Assembly: GCA_017476325.1 (NCBI GenBank)
Contig: JAFUZZ010000005.1
Location: forward strand, 1-33,532
Source of the DNA: a bacterium
GTDB taxonomy: Bacteria; Cyanobacteriota; Vampirovibrionia; Gastranaerophilales; Gastranaerophilaceae
DNA: 33,532 bases
Reading direction: 5' to 3'
The notes under the pieces are model-generated. The model saw nothing but the letters and a program-made list of their open reading frames with translations. It did not search any database and was not told the DNA's origin. A program made the translations under genes and the position numbers. This document shows positions 23,757-32,662 of this stretch, piece by piece. Positions within the stretch are counted from its first letter, which is position 1. Every line of letters starts with the position of its first letter.

Positions 23757-24722
23757 CTAAATTTCGTTTTGGTCTAAGATATCATGCAGTGTTTGTGCGG
23801 ATTTTTGCAAATCGGCAATTTCATTTTCACTCAGTTGTATCGGAACATGGGTTTCTACACCGTCTTTTCCGACGATTGTCGGCATGCTTAGAGAAATTCC
23901 CTCAATGCCGTATTCACCATGCATCATGGACGAAATCGGCAAGATTGACTTTTCATCTCTTACGATTGCCTCGCATATTCTTTTTACAGCCATCGCTACT
24001 CCGTAATATGTAGCTTTTTTCTTCTCAATTATTTTATAGGCGCTGTTTTTAACTTCTTCCGCAATTCGTTTCATATTCTTTTCATGGTCACTGTATCCGC
24101 GCATCTCACAAAAACTGTGAAGCGGTACTCCCGATATATTTACGCTTGACCATGCCGGAATTTCCGAATCTCCATGCTCTCCGATTATAAACGCGTGAAC
24201 ACTTCGGGAATCTACATTCAAATGGTTTCCAAGTTCGTATTTTAGTCTCGCTGTGTCCAGTACGGTTCCTGAACCAAGAACTCTGTTTTCCGGTAATCCG
24301 GAAAGTTTTAACGCAACTGTTGTTAATATATCGACAGGGTTTGCAACAACAAGTACAATTCCTTTGAAGTTACGTTTTTTAATTTCAGGAATAATTGATT
24401 TAAAAATCGAAATGTTTTTCTTAACCAAATCAAGCCTTGTTTCTCCCGGTTTTTGGTTTGCACCTGCCGTTATAACTATTAATGAAGCATCTTTAATATC
24501 ATCATAATCACCTGAATATATTTTAATTGGTTTTGCAAACGGAACACCATGGCTAATGTCGAGAGCTTCTCCCTCGGCACGTGCTTTGTCAGAATCAATC
24601 AGCACCATTTCCGAAAATAAGCCTGATTGCATAATACTGAATGAACATGCCGCTCCGACAAAACCGCATCCGATTATTACAACTTTTCGTACATTTGTAC
24701 AGTTTAAACAATTATATTCCAT
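23757..24722 (-). CDS. ldh: L-lactate dehydrogenase
   Basis: Motifs VVIIGCGFVGAACSF (NAD-binding), ITAGANQKPGETRLDL and GEHGDSE; 321 aa. Confidence 0.9.
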   Translation of the reverse strand: MEYNCLNCTNVRKVVIIGCGFVGAACSFSIMQSGLFSEMVLIDSDKARAEGEALDISHGVPFAKPIKIYSGDYDDIKDASLIVITAGANQKPGETRLDLVKKNISIFKSIIPEIKKRNFKGIVLVVANPVDILTTVALKLSGLPENRVLGSGTVLDTARLKYELGNHLNVDSRSVHAFIIGEHGDSEIPAWSSVNISGVPLHSFCEMRGYSDHEKNMKRIAEEVKNSAYKIIEKKKATYYGVAMAVKRICEAIVRDEKSILPISSMMHGEYGIEGISLSMPTIVGKDGVETHVPIQLSENEIADLQKSAQTLHDILDQNEI

Positions 24723-24763
24723 TGCGTGACCTTTCGATGAGTATTAATTTTAGATTTTAGATA

Positions 24764-24785
24764 TTTTTGATTATATTATCAAAAA
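24764..24785. promoter_or_regulatory. Perfect inverted repeat TTTTTGAT-N6-ATCAAAAA in the ldh upstream region
   Basis: Arms 24764-24771 and 24778-24785, 42-63 nt upstream of the ldh ATG (24722). It may simply overlap the promoter. Confidence 0.3.
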
Positions 24786-24847
24786 TTAATCTTGTAAATT
24801 AATCCGGCGGATATTTTTTAAATTACGGCTACTAACGGGTTTATTTT

Positions 24848-25663
24848 TTACAAACTCGGATAACTTCCCAAAAGTTTATAGAAGTTGCACTTCCAGGCAA
24901 TTTTGTCCAAAACTTCTTTTACGTCATCGTAGCCTTTATCAATATCTGCGAAAAAGTTATATTCGCCAAAAACATCTTTTGACGGACGAGATTCCAAATA
25001 AACAAGGTTTAAATTATGGCTGTTAAAGATTTCCAAAATATTTAACAATGCTCCGGGTTCGTTTTTTGTGTTGAACACAATGGATGTTCTTTCTTTTTTC
25101 CCAAGGTCAATATTTTGTTTTGAAATAAGGATAAAGCGTGTGCGATTGTCTTTAACATCTCCGATATTTGTTCCCAAAATGTTTAAACCGAGTTTTTTTG
25201 CAAGATTTTCCGAGGTTATCGCAGAATAATCGTCATTTCTGTTTTCAAGACTTATTCCCGCTTGCGCGGTTGAACTTACGCATTCAATATCAATGTTTTC
25301 ATCAAAGTTCTTTAATATGAATTTTTGGCACTGAGCAAGTGCCTGAGGATGCGAAATAATATGCTTAATATCAGAGAGAGTTTTACTTTTTGATACTATA
25401 CAGTGATGAATTTCAAGTTCAAAATTGCCAAGAATTTTGACACTTGAATCATATATGTTATCTAGTGTTTGGCGTACAACTCCGTCGATGAGGTTCTCTA
25501 TCGGTAGTACTCCAACACTGTTTTCATCATTATTTACAAGGTCAATTACTTTTGCGATTGTTGATACCGTTTTTAATTCATATTGAGGTAATAGTTTATT
25601 GACCTTTTGTGCCGCTATTTCGCTATAAGTTCCTTTTGGTCCTAAAAAATATAGTCTTTTCAT
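24848..25663 (-). CDS. pheA: Prephenate dehydratase (PDT + ACT domains)
   Basis: Motifs YFLGPKGTYSE, SHPQALAQC, TRF and the ACT region TSIVFNTKNEPGALLNILEIF...LESRP. Confidence 0.85.
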   Translation of the reverse strand: MKRLYFLGPKGTYSEIAAQKVNKLLPQYELKTVSTIAKVIDLVNNDENSVGVLPIENLIDGVVRQTLDNIYDSSVKILGNFELEIHHCIVSKSKTLSDIKHIISHPQALAQCQKFILKNFDENIDIECVSSTAQAGISLENRNDDYSAITSENLAKKLGLNILGTNIGDVKDNRTRFILISKQNIDLGKKERTSIVFNTKNEPGALLNILEIFNSHNLNLVYLESRPSKDVFGEYNFFADIDKGYDDVKEVLDKIAWKCNFYKLLGSYPSL

Positions 25664-25707
25664 ATTTTAAGTATATACTAAATAAGATTAGCATGTATAA
25701 TATTTGT

Positions 25708-26889
25708 ATGTTTAAAAAGTTTTTTTCAAATAGAATACAAAATACACCGCCATCTTTTATCAGGGAAAGTTTAAAAGTAATTCAAAATCCGGAAATAATT
25801 TCTTTTGCGGGCGGACTTCCAAATCCTATTTCTTTCCCGCAGGAAGAATTAAAGATTTCTATGAACAGAGTTGCGGACAAATATGGCGATAAACTTTATC
25901 AATATTCGCAAACGCTTGGTTTAAAAGAACTTAGAGAATTTGTTATTTCGCGTTTTAACAAAATTCATGGAACCGCATTTTCGATAGATAATATTATGAT
26001 AACAACAGGCTCTCAACAGGCTCTTGACCTTTTGGGAAAGGTATTTATTAATGAGGGCGATAATGTTTTAATAGAAAAACCGTCTTATTTAGGATTTTTG
26101 CAAGCGTTTTGTCTTTATAGTGCAAATTTTTGTCCTGTGAAATTAAATAATGACGGGCTTGATATTGAGGATTTAAAACGGGTTGTAAACAGGCATAAAC
26201 CGAAACTTGCGTATTTAATTCCTAATTTTCAAAATCCTACGGGAATAATGTATAGTGAAGAAAACAGAAAAGAGATATTTGAGGTTATAAAAGATGAGGA
26301 TTTGATTCTTGTACAGGATGATCCTTATGGAGATTTAAGGTTTGACGGGAAAAGTGCGCTTGCATATATTGGGGTTAATCAAACGGATAAAAATATTTAT
26401 CTTGGTTCGTTTTCCAAAATAGTTACTCCGGGTATGCGAATAGGTTATGTTATTGCGCATAATGACATTATAAGAATGTTAGAAACGGCAAAACAGGCGT
26501 CGGATTTACATTCGAATATTTTTTGTCAGTATATTCTCGCCGATTATTTGTATAATAACGATTTGGAAAAACACATTAATAAAATTAGGGGGTTATACAA
26601 ATCTCAAGCCTCAAAAATGGTCGAATGCATGGAAAAATACTTTCCTGACGGGATAAAATATACAGTGCCGAGCGGAGGAATGTTCACCTGGGTTACGTTA
26701 AAAGAGGGGCAATCGGCGTTAGAACTTTTTGATAAGGCGGTTGAAAAAAAAGTTGCGTTTATTCCGGGAAATCCTTTTTATATTAATGAAAAATCTGTTA
26801 ATACCTTGAGATTAAACTATACAAACGCCTCAGAGGAAAAAATCGAAGAGGGTATTAAGAGGCTCGCTCAAGCAATCTTAGAATTATAA
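25708..26889 (+). CDS. PLP-dependent aminotransferase, class I/II (candidate aromatic/2-aminoadipate-type)
   Basis: SFSKIVTPGMRIGY (PLP lysine), PNFQNPTG, and a GGLPNP N-terminal region. The start is placed at ATG 25708 (or 25693) so that it does not overlap pheA. The gene is divergent from pheA. Confidence 0.8.
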   Translation: MFKKFFSNRIQNTPPSFIRESLKVIQNPEIISFAGGLPNPISFPQEELKISMNRVADKYGDKLYQYSQTLGLKELREFVISRFNKIHGTAFSIDNIMITTGSQQALDLLGKVFINEGDNVLIEKPSYLGFLQAFCLYSANFCPVKLNNDGLDIEDLKRVVNRHKPKLAYLIPNFQNPTGIMYSEENRKEIFEVIKDEDLILVQDDPYGDLRFDGKSALAYIGVNQTDKNIYLGSFSKIVTPGMRIGYVIAHNDIIRMLETAKQASDLHSNIFCQYILADYLYNNDLEKHINKIRGLYKSQASKMVECMEKYFPDGIKYTVPSGGMFTWVTLKEGQSALELFDKAVEKKVAFIPGNPFYINEKSVNTLRLNYTNASEEKIEEGIKRLAQAILEL

Positions 26890-27093
26890 AAATCGGGTCT
26901 CTTTCAGGGATAGATTATTTTCTCTACAAATTAAGCGAAAAACATTTTAAATTAATCCGCTCAATCTCATGTGTATTTTTATTTTTTTGTAAATTTATGT
27001 AAAAGTTTTATAGCATATTACATAAAATTTAACAAAAATTTTTGGGCATGTGGTTTCTATAATATATAATCGAAGTGTGTAGGGGTTTTAATT

Positions 27094-29229
27094 TTGCAAA
27101 TATCTAATATCAAGTGTAATAATTTACAAAGTATTGCCAGCAAATATTTATCAACGGTAACAAATCCGATTAAGGGGTTGGTCCAAAAATATAATACAAA
27201 AAACACATCTCTCGCCCTTGGTACTGCTGTCGGTGCTGCCGCTCTTTCAGGCGCATATATTACCAAGAAAAGTCAGGATTATAACCAAAATTTATCTCTC
27301 CTTAAATCCGCTAAGTTAAACGATGAAACAGCCAATAAGGTTCTTAATCTTAAAAACGACGAAGGCAAAATAATCTTTTCAAACAAAAACATAAAAGCTC
27401 TTGTTGAAACAGAGGCTCTCAAAGATAAAACTTTTTTCTCAACTGTGATGAAAAATATTGACGGCATTCAGACTTTTAACGCAACCGTTAGAAACAAAAC
27501 ACATTTCACTTATGATGAAAATAAAATAAGCAGAGATAACCCTTATGGCAAAGTTATTGAAAAAATCCCGACAAAAACTTATCACATGCAAGGGCTTACT
27601 TCTGATGGGAAACAAATAGATATCACAATGTCGGAAAATAAAAATAATATCATTACCGATACTATTATCAAAGACGGAAATCTTACAACTTACGTAATGC
27701 GTACCTATACAAACGGTGATGTTGATGAAACAACTGAAGTGACAGAAAAGGTTACAAGACGTTTAGGCACAAAAAGACATCCGCGTCAAAAAATTACAGA
27801 AGAAAAAACAATCTCAAAAGAAAATTGGTTCTATTATGACAAAACAAACAGAATTAAAAGACAAGATGTTGATTTGAAATACGACGAATTAATAAATAAA
27901 AACAAAACGACAACATTTTCTCCGCAAGGTGAAATATTAACCACCGTTGTATCTACTTACGACAACACAATGAAACGAAATATTTTTGACAGAAAAATGT
28001 CAAAAGCCCAACTTGAAGAATTTTTGGGAGAAAAAGTAAGCAATAAATATATTGCCGACATAAAAAACGGTTCAATGACATCGAAAAATATCAACAAAAT
28101 AAGTCATTGCACATCCGTTCAACAAGATTTTGTCCACAACGCTCATCAGGAATCCGAATGTTCCTTTGATGCTACATTGATGCACTCTATGAAAAGAACT
28201 TACAAAGATCCAAAAACCGGAAGAACCGTTACTCAAAAAATGAATATTTCCGATGTTCCCGGAGTTTATAATTCAACAATAACGGATGACATGGGCAATA
28301 CCCGTACAGAATCTTTTGCACGCAAAAATCCTGACGGCTCAATATATGTTGAGAAAAACTTAGTCAGTCTTGACGGCACAAAAACCCATTACATTAACGA
28401 ACAATCAAAAGACGGCAGCCAAGTTAAAATGCACTATCAAATAAAAACCGCTCAAGGCGAAGTTTTGACAACTGTTGACAGAACTTTTAACAGAGTAAGT
28501 CCAAATCTTGCGTATTCTTCCGTTAACGGTCACAGCTATGTTATCGAAAAGAAAGATAAGTCTTATGAGGTTACTGATAATTTGAACGGGTTAACAACAA
28601 TCATTCCGTTTAAAGATATATTTAAAAATAATAAAACGTACAGCAAAGCCGAAGTTTTTGATAAACTGTCAGGTGATATGCTTTTAGATTTCTATAACCG
28701 CGGATATAAATTCAGATATATTGATAACCCTGATGAATGCTACATGGAAGAACAAGAGATGGTATTGTGCGTTAAAGACGACTTGTTCGACTACTCTCAT
28801 GAAGCAGGACATATTAAGGATTTGATAAGCAGTTTTGAAGAAGAAGGTTATACGGAAGAAGAAATTAACGATTTAATTCATGATAATGAAGAACATAAAA
28901 TGATTAAAATATCTTCTCATCCGGAATTCAGAAAAGCTTATGAACAAGAACGCGCAGATTTTATGAAAGCTTTTCCGGGAGTTGAACAAAAATACATCGA
29001 CTACTTTATAGACAGAGTTGATCACTATGGCGGATTTTTAGGCGGGGCGATAGAAGTTGTTGCTGAATCAAATGCACTGTTATCAACTTCAACCGGCTCG
29101 GCCAGTGATGATACTTTGCAAACAAGAAGTCACTATTTGCAAAAATTCTTCCCAAGAACAATAGCCGCTGCATCTAAATTATTGATGCCGAACGGTAATA
29201 TATTCGTTACTGACGGAATGGCAAAATAA
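27094..29229 (+). CDS. Large membrane-anchored protein of unknown function with a C-terminal HExxH module
   Basis: TTG start 9 nt after AGGGG. Hydrophobic segment LALGTAVGAAALSGAYI at aa ~41-57. HEAGH at 28798-28812 and EVVAE at 29053-29067, both in frame. Confidence 0.7.
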   Translation: MQISNIKCNNLQSIASKYLSTVTNPIKGLVQKYNTKNTSLALGTAVGAAALSGAYITKKSQDYNQNLSLLKSAKLNDETANKVLNLKNDEGKIIFSNKNIKALVETEALKDKTFFSTVMKNIDGIQTFNATVRNKTHFTYDENKISRDNPYGKVIEKIPTKTYHMQGLTSDGKQIDITMSENKNNIITDTIIKDGNLTTYVMRTYTNGDVDETTEVTEKVTRRLGTKRHPRQKITEEKTISKENWFYYDKTNRIKRQDVDLKYDELINKNKTTTFSPQGEILTTVVSTYDNTMKRNIFDRKMSKAQLEEFLGEKVSNKYIADIKNGSMTSKNINKISHCTSVQQDFVHNAHQESECSFDATLMHSMKRTYKDPKTGRTVTQKMNISDVPGVYNSTITDDMGNTRTESFARKNPDGSIYVEKNLVSLDGTKTHYINEQSKDGSQVKMHYQIKTAQGEVLTTVDRTFNRVSPNLAYSSVNGHSYVIEKKDKSYEVTDNLNGLTTIIPFKDIFKNNKTYSKAEVFDKLSGDMLLDFYNRGYKFRYIDNPDECYMEEQEMVLCVKDDLFDYSHEAGHIKDLISSFEEEGYTEEEINDLIHDNEEHKMIKISSHPEFRKAYEQERADFMKAFPGVEQKYIDYFIDRVDHYGGFLGGAIEVVAESNALLSTSTGSASDDTLQTRSHYLQKFFPRTIAAASKLLMPNGNIFVTDGMAK

Positions 29230-29283
29230 TAAATTAAATTTAGTTTTAAATTTTTGTGCTAAAATTATAATAAAGGAAAACAC

Positions 29284-29357
29284 GTGCCTGTAGCTCAGGT
29301 GAATAGAGCGTTGGTCTCCGAAGCCAAAGGTCGTGAGTTTGAATCTCATCAGGCACA
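29284..29357 (+). tRNA. tRNA-Arg (anticodon CCG)
   Basis: Cloverleaf read by hand. Acceptor GTGCCTG/CAGGCAC, D stem GCTC/GAGC, anticodon stem TTGGT/GCCAA, anticodon loop CTCCGAA, variable loop AGGTC, T stem GTGAG/CTCAT, discriminator A. No encoded CCA. Confidence 0.85.
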
Positions 29358-29450
29358 TTTTTAAAAAATCGTTTATAAGTATTATTTACTTATTTTCGTT
29401 TTTATATAAAAATGTAATTAAGCAGAAAGCAGATTAAAAAGGGCACATCA

Positions 29451-30098
29451 TTGCAAGATAACTATCAAAGTTTTGATAATTTGGAAACAACATTCGGAAA
29501 ATCAAGCGTAACCCAAGAGCGGGTTTCGCTTGTTGCATCGCACATGTATAAGCAGTATTTGGATTTCAACAATGCTGCGAATAACGGATATCGTGCCTTT
29601 TTAGAAATTGATAAAGAACTTCAAATTATATCTGATTTGCTTAAACAATCATTTGCGGCAAGAAACATATCAACACAAAATATATATGTGGAAAAAGATT
29701 CACAAACCCAAATGACAGTTGTAATGTTAAATGTTTTGTGGCATAAAATAAGTTTTTCAATACGCTCAAACTTACAGCCAAAAGCTCTTCCTCGGGAAAT
29801 TGGCGCACCTATGCTGTCATATCGTATCATGGCGATTAAGGGTAATTACAATGAAATTATGAAAAATGCGGACAAAACAAAAGATGAAACGGAAACATTG
29901 TTAGAAAACGAAGTTGCGTCATTGTTTATTCCTGCCGAAAAAACTCATCCTGCTATCATGACAATTCGTCACTTAGCGAACAAGGAACTTCCTTTGAGTG
30001 CGGTTGACGCTTCAAAAGAATTCGTGCTAAAGGTACTTGAATCCGTATGCGGCGGCGGAATTTATCACGAAATGAGTATTAATTTAGGTAATCTTTAA
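29451..30098 (+). CDS. Hypothetical protein (215 aa)
   Basis: Long ORF with a TTG start (first ATG at 29544). No motif recognised. Composition is typical of coding sequence here. Confidence 0.5.
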   Translation: MQDNYQSFDNLETTFGKSSVTQERVSLVASHMYKQYLDFNNAANNGYRAFLEIDKELQIISDLLKQSFAARNISTQNIYVEKDSQTQMTVVMLNVLWHKISFSIRSNLQPKALPREIGAPMLSYRIMAIKGNYNEIMKNADKTKDETETLLENEVASLFIPAEKTHPAIMTIRHLANKELPLSAVDASKEFVLKVLESVCGGGIYHEMSINLGNL

Positions 30099-30135
30099 TT
30101 TAGGGTTTATATATTTTTAGGTAATTATATATTAT

Positions 30136-30291
30136 GTCATTCCTAAACTTGTGACAAAACGAACCAATTTTTGTCATGTTTAACTTGTGACAAAGGGAAC
30201 CACAGAGCGGAACGCGATGTGTGTGACCCTGTCGTCGAAGACATCAGCATCTTCAAAAATTGTGTGAGCCCGTCACAAGTTCGGCATGACC
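30136..30291. repeat. Cluster of mosaic palindromic intergenic repeat modules (same family as 7765-7897 and 14085-14361)
   Basis: 30150-30178 tgtgacaaaacgaaccaatttttgtcatg matches the reverse complement of 14288-14314 and the sequence at 7811-7840. 30220-30245 matches 7871-7897. 30251-30270 is the exact reverse complement of 14175-14194. 30277-30291 matches 14279-14293 with 1 mismatch. Confidence 0.8.
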
Positions 30292-30483
30292 GTTTTGGAC
30301 TACTAAAATTACCATGGACAGTTGCGGAATTAAGTTTAGGGTTGTGACACATTAAGCATTATAGTTTACTGTTTTTATTTTGTAAAAATAATCTTTCCCA
30401 TAAGTATTGAAAAAATATATTTTTATGCGACAATTAAACTACAGAAGAAGTAGTAACAGATAAAGATAAAAAGGAAGAAAGAA

Positions 30484-32589
30484 ATGGGAAGAAAAACTCC
30501 TCTGGAAAAAATCAGAAACATTGGTATTGCAGCCCACATCGACGCCGGTAAAACAACTACTACGGAAAGAATTTTGTTTTACACAGGTAAAACTCACAAA
30601 ATCGGTGAAGTTCACGATGGTGCTGCCGTAACAGACTTTATGGATCAAGAAAGAGAACGTGGTATCACAATCCAATCCGCAGCAGTTACAGCAGAATGGA
30701 AAGGACACCAAATTAACGTAATCGACACACCGGGTCACGTTGACTTCACAGTTGAAGTTGAACGTTCACTTCGTGTATTGGACGGTGTTGTAGCAGTATT
30801 CTGTGCGGTTGGCGGTGTTCAATCACAATCAGAAACAGTATGGAGACAAGCAAACCGTTACGAAGTTCCACGTATGGTATTCGTAAACAAAATGGACAGA
30901 ACAGGTGCGGATTTCTACAGAGTTCTCGGTCAAATCAGAGACAGATTGAGAGCAAATGCTTACGCTATCCAACTTCCAATCGGGGCAGAAGACCAAATGA
31001 AAGGTATTATTGACCTTATTGAAATGAAAGCCGAAATTTACAGAGATGATTTGGGTAAACAAATCGATATTTTCGATGTTGATACTTGTGACGAAATCCC
31101 TCAAGACTTGAAAGACAAAGCACATCAATACAGAGAAGAATTATTGGAAGCAGTTGCATCAGAAGATGAAGCATTAATGGAAAAATATTGCGAAGATCCT
31201 GAAACTCTTGAAGTTCCTGAAATCAAAGCAGTATTGAGAAGAGCAGTTTGCGACAACAAAATTGTTCCTGTAACTTGCGGTACGGCATTCAAGAACAAAG
31301 GTGTTCAAATGTTACTTGACAATGTTGTAGACTACATGCCATCTCCTGTTGATGTAAAAGCAATCGAAGGTGAACTTGAAGACGGTACAAAAACAGAAAG
31401 ACACTCATCTGATACAGAACCGTTCTCAGCGTTGTCTTTCAAAGTTATGACAGACCCATTCGTAGGACGTTTGACTTTCTTGAGAATATACTCAGGTGTA
31501 ATTACTTCAGGTTCATACGTTCTAAACTCTACAAACGGTAAGAAAGAACGTATCTCAAGATTGGTACGTATGTACGCTGATCAAAGACTTGAAGAAACAG
31601 AAGTTTACGCAGGCGACATCTGTGCGGCTGTAGGTTTGAAAGATACAACAACAGGTGATACATTGTGCGACGAAAAAGCACCAATCATCTTGGAAAGAAT
31701 GGTATTCCCTGAACCTGTAATTTCAGTTGCTATTGAACCAAAAACAAAAGCAGACCAAGAAAAGATGGGTATCGCTCTTCAAAAACTTGCGGAAGAAGAT
31801 CCTTCATTCAGAGTTAAAACTGATACCGAAACAGGACAAACAATCATTTCAGGTATGGGAGAACTTCACCTTGACATTATTGTTGACCGTCTTTTGAGAG
31901 AATTCAAAGTTGACGCAAACGTTGGTAAACCACAAGTTGCATACAGAGAAACAATCAGAGGAAACGCGGATCAAGAATCTAAATTCCAAAGACAATCAGG
32001 TGGTAAAGGTCAATACGGACACGTTAAGATCAGAATTATGCCAGCGGAAGAAAATGCCGGATTTGTATTTGAAAACAAAATTGTCGGTGGTGCTATTCCG
32101 AAAGAATACATCGAACCTGCAAGAAAAGGTATGGAAGAAGCTCTTGAGGGCGGTATCTTAGCGGGATTCCCAATGATTGACGTTAAAGTTGAACTTTACG
32201 ACGGATCATACCACGAAGTTGACTCATCAGAAATGGCGTTCAAAATCGCAGGTTCAATGGCTATCAAAGAAGGTACAAAAAAAGCACAACCATGCGTTCT
32301 TGAACCAATGATGAAAGTTGAAATTGAAATTCCTGATGAATACACAGGTAACATCATCGGTGATATTGCAAAAAGACGCGGACGTGTTGAGGGTCAAGAA
32401 TCTCAAGGCAACACCGGTAACGTAATTGTAAGAGCAACAGTTCCTCTTGCAAATATGTTTGGTTACGCAACAGATTTGAGATCTAACACACAAGGCCGCG
32501 GAACATTCTCAATGGAATTTAAGTGCTACGAACAAGTTCCTGCAAATGTTCAAGCTGAAATCATTGCAAAATCAGGTGCTAAAGACTAA
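30484..32589 (+). CDS. fusA: Translation elongation factor G
   Basis: Motifs [29 protein letters not shown] and NKMD; 701 aa, full five-domain length. Confidence 0.95.
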   Translation: MGRKTPLEKIRNIGIAAHIDAGKTTTTERILFYTGKTHKIGEVHDGAAVTDFMDQERERGITIQSAAVTAEWKGHQINVIDTPGHVDFTVEVERSLRVLDGVVAVFCAVGGVQSQSETVWRQANRYEVPRMVFVNKMDRTGADFYRVLGQIRDRLRANAYAIQLPIGAEDQMKGIIDLIEMKAEIYRDDLGKQIDIFDVDTCDEIPQDLKDKAHQYREELLEAVASEDEALMEKYCEDPETLEVPEIKAVLRRAVCDNKIVPVTCGTAFKNKGVQMLLDNVVDYMPSPVDVKAIEGELEDGTKTERHSSDTEPFSALSFKVMTDPFVGRLTFLRIYSGVITSGSYVLNSTNGKKERISRLVRMYADQRLEETEVYAGDICAAVGLKDTTTGDTLCDEKAPIILERMVFPEPVISVAIEPKTKADQEKMGIALQKLAEEDPSFRVKTDTETGQTIISGMGELHLDIIVDRLLREFKVDANVGKPQVAYRETIRGNADQESKFQRQSGGKGQYGHVKIRIMPAEENAGFVFENKIVGGAIPKEYIEPARKGMEEALEGGILAGFPMIDVKVELYDGSYHEVDSSEMAFKIAGSMAIKEGTKKAQPCVLEPMMKVEIEIPDEYTGNIIGDIAKRRGRVEGQESQGNTGNVIVRATVPLANMFGYATDLRSNTQGRGTFSMEFKCYEQVPANVQAEIIAKSGAKD

Positions 32590-32615
32590 GTCTTTAGTCA
32601 TAAAATAAATTAATG

Positions 32616-32649
32616 GGGAGTTTGTAAAAATACAGACTCCCTATTTTTT
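32616..32649 (+). terminator. Rho-independent terminator after fusA (possibly bidirectional)
   Basis: A 10-bp stem pairs gggagtttgt (32616-32625) with acagactccc (32632-32641), including one G-U. The loop is aaaaat, followed by tatttttt. Confidence 0.75.
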
Positions 32650-32662
32650 AAAAAGAGAAGTT

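Noticed and set aside
24764-24785. Calling the ldh-upstream palindrome an FNR/CRP box
   Set aside because: The half-sites match TTGAT/ATCAA but the spacer is 6 nt, not 4. It is kept only as an unassigned palindrome.
25609-25707. N-terminal extension of the aminotransferase ORF (track start 25609)
   Set aside because: It would overlap the pheA start codon region on the opposite strand by 55 nt, and its translation (MPLFRYKFLLVLKNIVFSYF...) has no aminotransferase similarity. ATG 25708 (or 25693) is preferred.
27094-30300. tRNA-associated genomic island or prophage remnant
   Set aside because: There is no integrase, recombinase or phage-like gene. I could not find a direct repeat of the tRNA 3' end by eye. 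The accessory character remains only a suspicion.
30143-30352. 69-aa minus-strand ORF upstream of fusA
   Set aside because: It is built entirely from the mosaic repeat modules. It is Cys/His/Ser-rich nonsense-like sequence with no RBS.
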